A stretch of DNA of 64,000 nucleotides from Candidatus Omnitrophota bacterium (GCA_024231025.1 JAAEQW010000120.1:2324-66323), one strand, 5' to 3'. Counted from the stretch's first letter, positions 10,601 through 18,129 are shown. Numbers and translations are program-made. Notes: generated from the letters alone by a model not told the origin.

Positions 10601-13600
10601 TTTCCCTCTTGATCTGATATCTCAACAGTTTCTAATGGGCTTTCTAACCTAGGCAATGTCGCACTGAACATATCACCAGGAATAGCCCCATAAAGCTTTG
10701 GCTCTTGGGAACCTTGGTCAAAAATAAGTTTCAACCGCGGTCTAAAATTTATTATCCCAGGAGCAACGACTTTCACTGTCAATGGCTGACCAATCATTGG
10801 CGGCATCGGCTCAATCATAATTCTGCCTCCTCCCGCATCAGGGCCATGTTGCTGCGGCCAATAATCGCCAATAATATTGCCACGATCATCGTAAACTTCA
10901 ATCACTGCCTCACGTGTAGGTTCCTCAGGAGCATTAAATTCCCCTTGAAACCTATTGCCAGGAATAGCACCTTTGAGATTGATTTTAATATCTTTTTGAT
11001 CGGAAATAAATTTCGCTTCCGGCTTAAAGAAAAGAGCTGCATCTGACTCCACATTAACAACCACTCTATCTTTTGGTCCAAAATCGCCGCCCTCGATCCA
11101 AACCCTTAATCCTCCTGGGGCCGGACCTCCGGCATCTTCAATAATTTCAGCCATACCGGCACCAACTAAATCTCCTCGATCATTATAAACTTCACCAATA
11201 ACCATTCCTGACGAAGCATAATCAGGTATAACAAAGTTTCCCCGATATGAATTGCCGGCTCCCTGCATAACAACATTGAGTTTTCTTCCATCAGCAAAAG
11301 TTAAAGAAGCCTTAAGCTCTCTCTTTATCGGACGGCGAGAATTTAATTGAATTGTGCCTGCCTGCATTCTTCGCAATACACCAGGCATTATATAAACCTC
11401 GGCCCCGCCACGCGCCCTTAAAGATGGCACAATTCTAGTTGGAAATGTATCCAAAACCATACCTTGGTCATCTTTCACAACAAAAACTCCCATACCACTT
11501 GGAACATCTTGGGCTAACTTCAATTCTACTTCAATGCTATTTAGCGGAGGCTTTTGTTTCACGGGCATATTTAAAACCTTACCGGTATTTAACCGCAGTT
11601 GAAGTTGCGGCACGAAATCGATCGTTTCTGAAAATACTGCTTTCGCATTAAATGACGCCCCGCTTACCAGCGGTGTTGGGTTAGTAGTTAAAAATACATC
11701 TGCTCGGTGCGCGCTCTCTGATTCATCCCAAACACCTATCCGACGCCGCACCTCATCAGGTGTTGCCGGATTAAGTATAAGTTGCGCCATGCCTAAAGGA
11801 ACGTCTTTAGGGCAGGCAAATTTTCCTCTGAACTCCCTGCCGCCTCCTGACAAAGCAACCGCAATTTTTTTACCATTGCTAAAGATAAAATCAAGCTTAG
11901 GGGGCTCTTCTAAATCACCTAAAGTATTTAACACAAATTCAACGCCCTCGCCCCTTGTAATTGGATCGGGCATTACCATCAAAGCATAAAAATCATCCTT
12001 GCGCGAAACTTTGAGCCATTCGCTTGATAAACCAATTTCAAAATAAGCATGATCATTCAATTGTCCGCTTGCGACTTCAACCATGCCCCTGCCAATAGGC
12101 GAATCATTATCGATAACATATTGACCATTATAGACTCTGCCATTTTTATTGAGTGCTAACGCAGCTTTTCTCCCATCAGGAAAACTAATTACCGCATTGA
12201 TATCATCTTCTAATCTCTTCAATGGTTCAATTACAACTGCTAAGGCTGCACCTTGGGCAACATGACGAGGCATATCAATCTTAAAATTTCCAGCACCCTC
12301 TGTAATGAGCAACGGCAATGGAACTTCAATTGCTAAAGGCATTGATTCCAATCCTGCATAATTTTTAGCTTTCAACTTAACTAAAATTACAGCTCCTTTC
12401 TCATGCATTTTACTAAGCTCTAAAAAATCAATAGGTTTGTTATAGGCAAATTTTCCTTCCGCATCCGCCATGATATCAGCAACAACCTCTCCATACTCCA
12501 AGTGAACAACTGCATCAGTTGCCGTTAAACCTCGAATTATGAAATGCTGTGGATTAAACTCTAAAAACTCCAAACTTAATGGCAAATCTGTTTGACGTTG
12601 CGGAGGAACAATGCCGACTATCTTCTCAGAGCTTGTGCCGGGATTACCCGATAGATCTTCTCCTCCGTTTAGTTTAAAAACCACTTCGCCCAACGGCGCA
12701 TCTAATGGGACCTGTATCTTCGATTGAAGCTCGCGTTCATTAACTTTTACCAAGTCAAGCTTTTTACTTTCTCCGGCCGGCATTTGCGCAAAAAGCTCAG
12801 GTGCAATTGCCAAGGCTTCGGAAGAAAAAACTTTAATGTTCGACTCAACGCCTAAGACTAAAGGTGAAGGATCAACTTCAATAGAAAAACTTGGCACAAT
12901 ATTATCTTGAGCAGTTAGTGTAAAGCTAGTTGCACCTTGCGTCTGGCTTGATTTATTACCAGCCTCATCTTGGCCCTGTACTTGGATCTCGACCAATGCC
13001 GGCGACAAGCCTTCGGTATCCATACGAGCAATAAACTGTGCGCCTTCGCCTTCAACGCTAAGACCAATTGTTTTTCCATCAACTACGGCAGTTACCGCTG
13101 GATTACCGGCTACAATATCTAAGCCGTTCGTCTGTGAATCAATACTGTTGATTTCAACATATACTGGATTACCGATAATCGCCGGAAGAGGCTTAACCTC
13201 CAAAACAAAAATTGGCGGCCACATATCAGGTGGTGTTATTTCCTTGGTTACTGAACTACTACTACCTATGTAGTCAGTAGCGGTAACGGTTAACATCCCT
13301 TCGGTGAAAGAAAATTTATGACTAAACTCTCCATTTTTGCCAAAATCAACGTTTACACCATTAATCATTAAAGACGCTAATCCACTTTCGCCATCAACTG
13401 CCTTACCCGAAACAACTACCACCTGTTCGTCTTTTAAGTATTCCAATTCACCCACCTCAAGTAACGGTGGATTATTTTCGAGTTCGACAACAATAATCGT
13501 AGATGTTTGGTAAGGATCATCTGCTTTGACTTCGATTTCCTTTGTGCCAGCAGATAAAACCTGCCTGCTCTCAAAAGCACCATCACTATCTACAGCAACG

Positions 13601-16600
13601 GCCTCTTGCGCAACAAAAACTTTCATATTTTCTTTTGCATAAGGAGTAATTGCATGAGCAAAAGGCTTAGACTTATTTCCCCAAAGATCTTGGGCCTCTA
13701 CAACTAAATCTAATGGCTCACAAAGTCCCTGACTAACCTTACCTTTTAAGCTCAATTGCCCATCAATGTAAAGAGGCTCCTCTAAAAGAAGTTGCGGTGG
13801 TTCGATTATCAGATCTAATTTCAATTTGAAAGCCCCATCTTCTGATACATCAACTAACTTATCCAAAACATAAACTCCCTTTATACCTGAGGAATCCTGC
13901 ACTCGACCAGAAACAAAAAGGCTCCTGCTATGATATTGAACCTCCATATCTTTTAACTCTGGGGGTTCTTTATCTTCGGGGATTTCTGTTTTACGCGGAC
14001 CCTCAATTGCTTGATTACCTGCAATATCAACCGCACTCACCGAAACCTCGCGCAAATGCTCTGTTAAAACTGCCTCGTAATTAAAGTCTATCACTTTTTT
14101 TATGTCGTAGATGATCGGTACTCCGTTTATCTCGATGCCTTTTACAGCCACATTATCCCTCACCTTACCGGAAATAATTAATTTACCCTCTCTAACTTCC
14201 CAAATATCAATTGTAATCTCCGGTGCAATAGTATCTTCTAAAGCTAAAATCTCTTTGGTTTCTTTGCCAGAAAGATCGCGCGCAAGGACCTCTATTGATT
14301 GGGTGTTGTTATCGACTACAATTTCATAATAAAAACGTCCGTTACCTTCTAACTCAACTTTCTGTTTAGCAATTAATAAGCTTTCAATTCCAGTATCATC
14401 CTCAACTGAACCAGAGATAATCACCCTGCCACCTTTATCAAAGACTGGTTGAGAAAGATATAGAGTTGGTGGTCTTTCATCAATTAACGGCTCAATTTTT
14501 AAGCGAACCTCTTCTGACTTTTTTCCTCCTACATTAAGCGCAACTAAAATAGCTTCGATTTGGTGTTTGGGTCTTTCTGTTTTAATGACAAATGAACCAT
14601 CACTTGATGCGGTAACTGCTGCATTAGGCAACTTGCCGCTTTCATCAAGCACTTGAGCCTGTGCTTCGGTATTTCCTGAAATTTTTACGCTATCTTTTTC
14701 GTAAATAATTGACGATATTTCCAATAACGGCGGATAAACACTGCTTAATGGAAATACCTGCGGAGTTGATTCGTTACCTTTAGCATCTTTGGCTTCGACA
14801 GTGATAGATTGCACTTCTCTGCTTAGGGCAAGTTCATATTCAAACCCTCCGTCCGAGCCCAAAGAAGCGGCATTCTTATTAATTAAAACTACCGGTGGCG
14901 GTAGGCTAAAATCTAGAGCAGCTTCTATTGTTTCTTTATTGCCCGCGCCGTCAATTGCTTCCAACGACGCTTTGATATTTCTTATCGTAACCGAAGAACT
15001 CACGCTAAAGCGCCCACCTTCAGTGGTTTCTACTTCTCTATCAAAAATGGTAAGTTTAGCTATCCCCAGACCCAAATCATAAACCGTACCCTCAACAGTT
15101 GCCATGAGTTTTTCTTCAACTGAACCAGTTACCTTCGCTATCTTGCCAATGTATTCAATAGGGCTAACACTAACTATTGGAGCAAGATTGTCAGTATATA
15201 CAATATTTGTTATTTCAATTATTGGCTTCCATTTATCTTCAATATTCACGCTTACTTCATTAGCCTTGCTTTGATCTAAATTTTGCCCTTTAACAATCAG
15301 GGGAGCGGCCAACATTCCCTTATCAGGAATTATTTTAACCTGGAATAAACCAGATTCATCACAGAAAACACTTTGCCCGGCTGTTTCAATTTTACCACCG
15401 GCAATAAACTTACCCTTTAGGATAAAGTGGTCTTCTTTATAATCAACTGCTGCATTTTCGATAGCTCCGATGAGAGTTCCAATTTGTGGCTCTACTTTTA
15501 TTTCCAATGGCGGAGATTGATTGTTGCCAATGTCTTGAGCAACAATTGTCAATTTATCCAGTTTGGGTGATGCGCTAGTTTTATAAACGAATTCTCCATT
15601 TTTGGCAAAATTAATCGCACAACCGTTAACAAAAATGGCGCTTACTTCAGTATTGTCAGTTGCTAATCCCTCTACTAAAATATCGGTCCCTTGCTGAGAA
15701 AAATTCATAACCTGAACCACCGGAGGCTGAGCGTCTTTTACTTCTTTTAATTTTTGCTTTGCCTGGGCAAGCAAAGACCGAGCAAGATTTACATCTCCTT
15801 TATCGACCGAAGCCTTTATCCGCTCGACTATTGCTTTAACTTCTCTGATGTCAAAACCTAGATCTCTCTTCCTTTGAAAATGCTTCAAAAACTGCTGCCA
15901 ATCTGCTTTGAATCCAGCGGGTAAGGCAAGTGCGGCCAAGGCCTTCTTGATTTTTTCGTATATCTCCTCTATCCCTTTAACATTGCCATCTTTTTGAGCA
16001 TTCTTTAAACTGCGTAAGTGATCGTAAATTACCCCTAATTCATAGCCCAATGATTTTTTGTATTCAACATCCTTTATTAAATCTTGAATTTTGCGTTCCC
16101 ATTCTAAAGGAACATTTTTTTTAACAACAACCAAAGCACTTTCGATTGCCTCTATAGCGGTTCTTAACTTTAAAAATGACTCTGCCTCTAAGAGCTTAAA
16201 CGCAATTTCAAGCTTGAGTTTTAAATCAACAACATCATAGCCTTCCCTTTCTTTGTTGCTAATCGCCTCACCGGCTGCCTTTAATTTCTTTTCCAAATAA
16301 ATCGGCATCTCTTTAAGGGCAGTATGAAGCTTTTCGTCGGCTTCCTTTAGCAGACTATACGCTTTAGCGTGATTTTTTTCTTGATAATATATGTAGCTTT
16401 GTCGCAATAATTCCTTCACCTCACCAACAGAAAAACCTTTCACTTCTTTAGCTAATACCAACTCCTGCAATTTTTGGTAGTCAGACAAAAAGTCTGAGTC
16501 TGTTTTTTTGCTGACCGAAGCTACTCTCTGCTCTAGGAGAGCAATCAATTTTTCCACTTGGCGAACATTTTTGTCTTGCAAGGCCTCTACGACTTCTCCT

Positions 16601-17502
16601 AATAACAGATAAAGCTCAACTACATCATAGTTTTCTTTTTCTTTAGCTTCTATTTGAGTTCTTAGTTCATCTAATTTTGTAACGTACTTCTCAACATTGT
16701 TAGGTTTCTTTGCTTTCTCAAGATAAACAAATGCTTTTTCGATCAAACCGTCAACGCGCGCATAATCACCCTTTTCCAGCAAAGCAAAAGCTTCCTCGAT
16801 AATGTTTTCTACTTTACTGACCAAATACCCTTGATTCTTCTTTTCCTGAAAAGCAGCAACCAATTCCCTCAAAAATAAACGCAGCTCTTGAGCTGCCTGC
16901 GTCTGGTGATCAGCCTCTTTTTGCACATCACCGCTAAATTCATCATGTGAATCTTCGTCTCTTGAATAAATATCACCCTCTTTTTGTGACGATCCATTTT
17001 CTCCTTGAGAATCGGTGTTGTAAGTCTCTCCTTCGATAAGGATATTTTTCGATTCTTTATCTTGTCCTTTGGTTTGCAGCAAGCCTTCCGTTCCGGTAAT
17101 ACCAACAATCGCAGTAGAAGAGTGAATCTTAAATTCGGACCCTTTCTCTTTAAACGGCGTTACTTTATAGCGCATCGCACCCAAATGTAATTTTAACTCG
17201 CGATTGCTTAATTTTGTTTTGGGGTTTTGCGAAAGGTCTTTGACCTCCATTAGGGAATTCTCACCAAGGCGAAATTCACTTTCATCAGGATAAACAAGTA
17301 AAACGCTTGACTCAAGAAACGTTCTAATCATATCACCGGTAATGAGTTTGGTTTTATTCTTTACCTTTGTCCATTCACCTTGACCGGATTTCTGAACTTG
17401 GACAAGACCGGTACGTTCTTTAATTTCCAAAAACGAATCTCCCGCAGATACCATAAGAGGAAAAGATATGATTATTAAAATAATTAAAATTTTCTTCTTC
17501 AT
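1672..17502 (-). CDS. Giant (~5,276 aa) secreted surface protein: signal peptide, FecR domain, helical repeats, Ig-like/FN3/Ca-binding repeats
   Basis: Uninterrupted 15.8-kb ORF. Start refined to MKKKILIILIIISFPLMVSA (signal peptide, AAGGGAG RBS). FecR-like GDMIRT...FRLGENS...FKIHSSTAIVGITGTE; DxxPP-led Ig-like domains; FN3 motifs (W...Y.I.YG...GL..G..Y); DxNxNGxxDxxE motifs. Confidence 0.93.
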   Translation of the reverse strand: MKKKILIILIIISFPLMVSAGDSFLEIKERTGLVQVQKSGQGEWTKVKNKTKLITGDMIRTFLESSVLLVYPDESEFRLGENSLMEVKDLSQNPKTKLSNRELKLHLGAMRYKVTPFKEKGSEFKIHSSTAIVGITGTEGLLQTKGQDKESKNILIEGETYNTDSQGENGSSQKEGDIYSRDEDSHDEFSGDVQKEADHQTQAAQELRLFLRELVAAFQEKKNQGYLVSKVENIIEEAFALLEKGDYARVDGLIEKAFVYLEKAKKPNNVEKYVTKLDELRTQIEAKEKENYDVVELYLLLGEVVEALQDKNVRQVEKLIALLEQRVASVSKKTDSDFLSDYQKLQELVLAKEVKGFSVGEVKELLRQSYIYYQEKNHAKAYSLLKEADEKLHTALKEMPIYLEKKLKAAGEAISNKEREGYDVVDLKLKLEIAFKLLEAESFLKLRTAIEAIESALVVVKKNVPLEWERKIQDLIKDVEYKKSLGYELGVIYDHLRSLKNAQKDGNVKGIEEIYEKIKKALAALALPAGFKADWQQFLKHFQRKRDLGFDIREVKAIVERIKASVDKGDVNLARSLLAQAKQKLKEVKDAQPPVVQVMNFSQQGTDILVEGLATDNTEVSAIFVNGCAINFAKNGEFVYKTSASPKLDKLTIVAQDIGNNQSPPLEIKVEPQIGTLIGAIENAAVDYKEDHFILKGKFIAGGKIETAGQSVFCDESGLFQVKIIPDKGMLAAPLIVKGQNLDQSKANEVSVNIEDKWKPIIEITNIVYTDNLAPIVSVSPIEYIGKIAKVTGSVEEKLMATVEGTVYDLGLGIAKLTIFDREVETTEGGRFSVSSSVTIRNIKASLEAIDGAGNKETIEAALDFSLPPPVVLINKNAASLGSDGGFEYELALSREVQSITVEAKDAKGNESTPQVFPLSSVYPPLLEISSIIYEKDSVKISGNTEAQAQVLDESGKLPNAAVTASSDGSFVIKTERPKHQIEAILVALNVGGKKSEEVRLKIEPLIDERPPTLYLSQPVFDKGGRVIISGSVEDDTGIESLLIAKQKVELEGNGRFYYEIVVDNNTQSIEVLARDLSGKETKEILALEDTIAPEITIDIWEVREGKLIISGKVRDNVAVKGIEINGVPIIYDIKKVIDFNYEAVLTEHLREVSVSAVDIAGNQAIEGPRKTEIPEDKEPPELKDMEVQYHSRSLFVSGRVQDSSGIKGVYVLDKLVDVSEDGAFKLKLDLIIEPPQLLLEEPLYIDGQLSLKGKVSQGLCEPLDLVVEAQDLWGNKSKPFAHAITPYAKENMKVFVAQEAVAVDSDGAFESRQVLSAGTKEIEVKADDPYQTSTIIVVELENNPPLLEVGELEYLKDEQVVVVSGKAVDGESGLASLMINGVNVDFGKNGEFSHKFSFTEGMLTVTATDYIGSSSSVTKEITPPDMWPPIFVLEVKPLPAIIGNPVYVEINSIDSQTNGLDIVAGNPAVTAVVDGKTIGLSVEGEGAQFIARMDTEGLSPALVEIQVQGQDEAGNKSSQTQGATSFTLTAQDNIVPSFSIEVDPSPLVLGVESNIKVFSSEALAIAPELFAQMPAGESKKLDLVKVNERELQSKIQVPLDAPLGEVVFKLNGGEDLSGNPGTSSEKIVGIVPPQRQTDLPLSLEFLEFNPQHFIIRGLTATDAVVHLEYGEVVADIMADAEGKFAYNKPIDFLELSKMHEKGAVILVKLKAKNYAGLESMPLAIEVPLPLLITEGAGNFKIDMPRHVAQGAALAVVIEPLKRLEDDINAVISFPDGRKAALALNKNGRVYNGQYVIDNDSPIGRGMVEVASGQLNDHAYFEIGLSSEWLKVSRKDDFYALMVMPDPITRGEGVEFVLNTLGDLEEPPKLDFIFSNGKKIAVALSGGGREFRGKFACPKDVPLGMAQLILNPATPDEVRRRIGVWDESESAHRADVFLTTNPTPLVSGASFNAKAVFSETIDFVPQLQLRLNTGKVLNMPVKQKPPLNSIEVELKLAQDVPSGMGVFVVKDDQGMVLDTFPTRIVPSLRARGGAEVYIMPGVLRRMQAGTIQLNSRRPIKRELKASLTFADGRKLNVVMQGAGNSYRGNFVIPDYASSGMVIGEVYNDRGDLVGAGMAEIIEDAGGPAPGGLRVWIEGGDFGPKDRVVVNVESDAALFFKPEAKFISDQKDIKINLKGAIPGNRFQGEFNAPEEPTREAVIEVYDDRGNIIGDYWPQQHGPDAGGGRIMIEPMPPMIGQPLTVKVVAPGIINFRPRLKLIFDQGSQEPKLYGAIPGDMFSATLPRLESPLETVEISDQEGNIFVSMPVEFIGGGHVSLEFDIELTSDLISGETASLMIRANNEIPFVPRLALDFAGKIVDVPLAGSPYSREFMGRFVVPVDAPLDNIAVSVFDPTGRLLTQRMINFGQESNMPGLYLDVKPQGNDGFELFWERLPRVSFYELLYGEGENLKEKIEIRGQSRHQLRGLMQGRRYSFEIIAYDSRKQEIMRSPIVSSVCGQLRRELHVQDIIMPDSVSLIWGDYPGADSYRVSWGNSPGGYANSMETSEKSYMLTNLPKGVPNFIKVFALGQGKMLSESREIVAYLEEFVARGVDIGINPEPAGEIGKDLEIYLHFMQDIPFVPQVSVQFEGYGEFLVAAGEKRDFKVIIPGSKVKSSLVSIDVQDDRGRPIGNRFFGGSGGGADFGGPDLRIMPDPPIEGQPLDIELTLPMLIPQAPKARIIYSDGSSKEYAFDGRLPGRRFNAHIGQLEKAAVGLDLLDPFGTVRHSVGFMHQTQQTMVRDFRVTPHNPFPGDSINVNLEFVNMVNFAVKLFLEYDDGRREEFVFPQKNVNTFYMNIDGSQIKGALRRAVIEDDRGMFLIDQPFGGGPVMGTGNIMTMPDPPRRNQPLGIRVEFPYPLPTTPKLILESVSGARQEFRFPQEPGLFVYKFSASAYQMQEDLQRVVVENETGLILAERFFGTGAGPVDGADIKLTPDMPVPHQDLTVHVDFPYPVQFTPKVVLEFSSGARNGKIFPQSPGNNAYYITLRGVEIIEPLQRVVIEDDRGMHIADRFVGGGGSSSAMGANLIVNPDPPMPHQDLGIKVEFPEPVYFKPKAVLEFEDGTRKDFWFSQESGARLYELNVVAAENMRPLHRIAIEDDRGGMFIVDRIFSTGSMMSAAANINVMPDPPIANQPLNIKIEFPSPVYFVPKIELEFNDGGRFPIYMQHEAPGKTRYETSLPASDIRRPIHRIEVQDDKGMFLGDRFFGSGGPMMGGILIDVIPDPPQLGSNLEIVVHFDYEPYFTPKIVAGLDNGAREFLNVTGQGREYKAMLSADRFNANLLIIDVEDEGGMHLGDRMFGAQTNFDGQGLVVNPYPPIVGQRLDVNAEIPLVSPLAMRLRYRYMDGVVEEITMQGDLPGSRFHDFIDPLTKPLVGIDLLDPYGVVRDNLEMSGPAPTGGMITVNPDPPMPYQDLNLRVELESAAYYHPIIVVEYSDGSYTGYGFPQDVGDTIYQRVIPGGEITKNIERIAIKDEQGTLIAERLFGSMNVGGPMIDIMPNPPIAGQDLIIKTSFPSPIYFVPKLILEFTDGQRRALSFPQGVGLSMYEATIPSSEMVGPLHRVVIEDDRGMFLGDFLLSHSGSDGVNIMVMPDPPVVFADLNVRLEFSQSEFFKPQIEVEFDNGTAKRFFYTGEEGRSSYDIYVAASEINAPISRIAAFDDKGGFLGDRPFSGGPYSQGVHIMVNPDPPIGGQDLGVRFEFPSPVYFTPKCVLEFSDGQRREFWFPQGPGLSVYETTISANEVYQPVDRIAAEDDRGMLLGDIYFGNMLQAKAYLASAGSGTLDVSWDYIDWASYYEIWYGTAPGNYNGEGSPKNVGQVTEHQLTDLTDGQIYYAVIKAYDANGGLGYTTLEEFLELTGTNIPYPNNIWTEQTYNFGEIIVRWDYVSGVDGYKIYYGRSSRTYPDFVIVSDPSITRTTIGGLQSGVPYYITVTCTMNDGSESSYSPREVEAFATGGASGGSINITTSDSAHHPPELDFEEIVVGQDTETKTITLQNLSSHQANIKVELSSYLSNTTDMITQIDSSNINLSPASPYAVAANSSLDISTSVSIPSTGVTPGEYVGEITFYDDEDDDGIRDDDEYWENVQIFLFFGAEGLDISGDGGLDFMNYAPGSTTSWGEFTLQNTATTALNNIITTTIQLYKFTGPGEGSFEAVAGFNVEADIPSSLAVGASDIGRLRVVIPDNAVDGEYGTMVSMFNDTNSNGSLDTDEPLETIGFHLFVSSAGGGGHRDLEVGEASLNYATVDAGASAERNVNIMNNMAQTIVVRIEPSNLISGVNTISSNNITFVPISIEPWSGSVSRAITVSVPSSQPSGAYTGGARVYGDLNGNGLFDDGEPFDGIVIILGVSSSGSAGIDLNIQEESLDLGGADPNQTSVGVNITIENNSDSTMQINIDATDLIAGPFAMPGSSISNNFSPFSLDGQSSDTRQIAVTVLAGQASAVTYQGGLIFYNDTNSNGSRDNDEAYDSMQIQIAVNRQGITSLTPIAGTGGTVDLVWSDPNAATDHYNVYWVASPGAFDFSSPDAITAQRFYQVSGLTASTTYDFLVRSADDEDVEDNGVVQASETARALPVDTAAPTFAGVKHAYAPGAAGTITLEWNAATDSDATILYDIDYGETSSLGTTVADLTKANVNCASDNECTYGITGLSANTEYHFRVRAEDSVPNQDTNAYILTAKTPPATGVDHVGITAVGSASSSVGDPVMVKLTAWQNAGETIVATNFADSIIVDVIESSSRMQNSWLLSVRDRMTGGVGEVAMFNGVGYFTVDSLEPETITVSVEVGTNASAERTLNVALTSVTGAAIDALVSQGPGAVSTNQQGQIWLSAIDNQGNLVTDYAGIVNITVSEENSNGSAVLRKGGSVVAGSYSFTGAGGDNGEILLTLENSEAEEVNIIFSVSGVGDVAENVNFLGVDKLYVYSGASFSSGYQVAGTRIRFTAYSGNDASGVRLGGYNATVNVNILSESTNDSSSYVDPSSITFVDGIGEFALENSQVENVKFQLEDAGDATIKSAEITVSFQSSDTNPPEVLEAVAETPYLVHVYFDEDIDSDNAQNKDNYNGIGDIHTVCWYEDNVTLHLSNPLTLGGTFNLDVRGDDNGTGGIKDKDNNYISGMTTVSGDVPSVDYQGGAISGQDWYEVQPATLTPLAGETVSVVVYHKNACGYLSGTNAVNRTAVPSDSSDVTFGGTVTGIDDATVDMGSAEGAFQFVIPVGALIGQTVTITVDDGAISGDSPTITVQ
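6080..9730 (-). repeat. Intragenic tandem array of ~13 copies of a ~93-aa PDPP...EDDRGM..DRxFG domain
   Basis: PDPP/PNPP/PYPP-type codons recur every ~275-290 nt (about 6320, 6602, 6881, 7159, 7433, 7708, 7997, 8285, 8571, 8858, 9130, 9416, 9700). Confidence 0.85.
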
Positions 17503-17534
17503 CCCGACTCCCTTACTAAAAAAATCGCTCATAT

Positions 17535-17569
17535 AAAAAATCCCCACAACTTAGTAGCTATGGGGATTT
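17535..17569 (-). terminator. Intrinsic terminator forming the riboswitch expression platform
   Basis: Minus strand ATCCCCATAGC-TACTAA-GTTGTGGGGAT stem-loop followed by a T run. Confidence 0.85.
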
Positions 17570-17580
17570 ATTGTAGTGTT

Positions 17581-17680
17581 TTATTCGGTAACTGACTGCC
17601 ATAGCTCCTAAGACCTTAGACTCTTGAGTTTTGCGCCCTCACCTTTCGATGAGTTTGCCTTTTTCGCAAAAAGAAATAAC
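17581..17680 (-). ncRNA. Cyclic di-GMP-I (GEMM) riboswitch
   Basis: Minus strand GGCAAACTCATC-GAAA-GGTGAGGGCGCAAAACTCAAGAGTCTAAGG...TATGGCAGTCAGTTACCGAA matches the GEMM consensus (GGCAAA, GNRA-capped P2, CGCAAA junction, CTAA/TATG receptor, GTTACC); P1 TTATTT/GAATAA. Confidence 0.93.
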
Positions 17681-17687
17681 CTAATTT

Positions 17688-17912
17688 TTAAAGATCTTTT
17701 TGTCTATTTTTTCTTTTGAGTTGCTGTCTTCGTTTAATTCTTTTTTCAACCCAATGTTCAAGCAAATCTCTCTTAAAGCGCCACTGCCCTTTAAGCTTAA
17801 AAGCAGGAATGTCTGTATCTTGAATTAACCGATATATAGTAATCGTGTGCACCCCTAAGTATTTAGCGGCTTCGCTTGCACTCATTATTTGAAGACGTTT
17901 ATACTGGCTCAT
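17688..17912 (-). CDS. Excisionase/MerR-like helix-turn-helix DNA-binding protein (HTH_17, BldC/Xis-like)
   Basis: MSASEAAKYLGVHTITIYRL...IPAFKLKGQWRF pattern; AGGGGG RBS. Confidence 0.9.
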   Translation of the reverse strand: MSQYKRLQIMSASEAAKYLGVHTITIYRLIQDTDIPAFKLKGQWRFKRDLLEHWVEKRIKRRQQLKRKNRQKDL

Positions 17913-17982
17913 ATTTCCCCCTAATTTGGGTATAGCATATTTTGTTAAAAATTACCACTTTTTATCAAATATTTTCCATTTT

Positions 17983-18015
17983 TATGTATTGCTATGCATT
18001 GCTATGAATTGCTAT
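17983..18015. promoter_or_regulatory. Three tandem 10-bp direct repeats (TATGnATTGC), candidate operator
   Basis: tatgtattgc-tatgcattgc-tatgaattgc-tat in the divergent intergenic region. Confidence 0.6.
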
Positions 18016-18062
18016 TGTCATAAAATCAACGATTTTCCTTGAAAAACGGTATTTTTTTAGTG

Positions 18063-18091
18063 TAGACAGCCAAATAAACTACTGTTATAAT
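18063..18091 (+). promoter_or_regulatory. Putative sigma70 promoter of the barrel-lipoprotein-cyclase operon
   Basis: TAGACA-17 nt-TATAAT with extended -10 TG. Confidence 0.7.
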
Positions 18092-18129
18092 TAAGAAGAT
18101 TTTTAAAAACGACCACTATTACTCATAAA

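Noticed and set aside
17503-17547. Longer N-terminus (MGIFYMSDFF...) of the giant ORF given in the ORF track
   Set aside because: It starts inside the terminator hairpin; the ATG at 17502 has an RBS and begins a proper signal peptide
17688-17912. Excisionase as evidence for a prophage or ICE
   Set aside because: No integrase, tRNA/att site or phage genes in the window; a regulatory HTH role fits better
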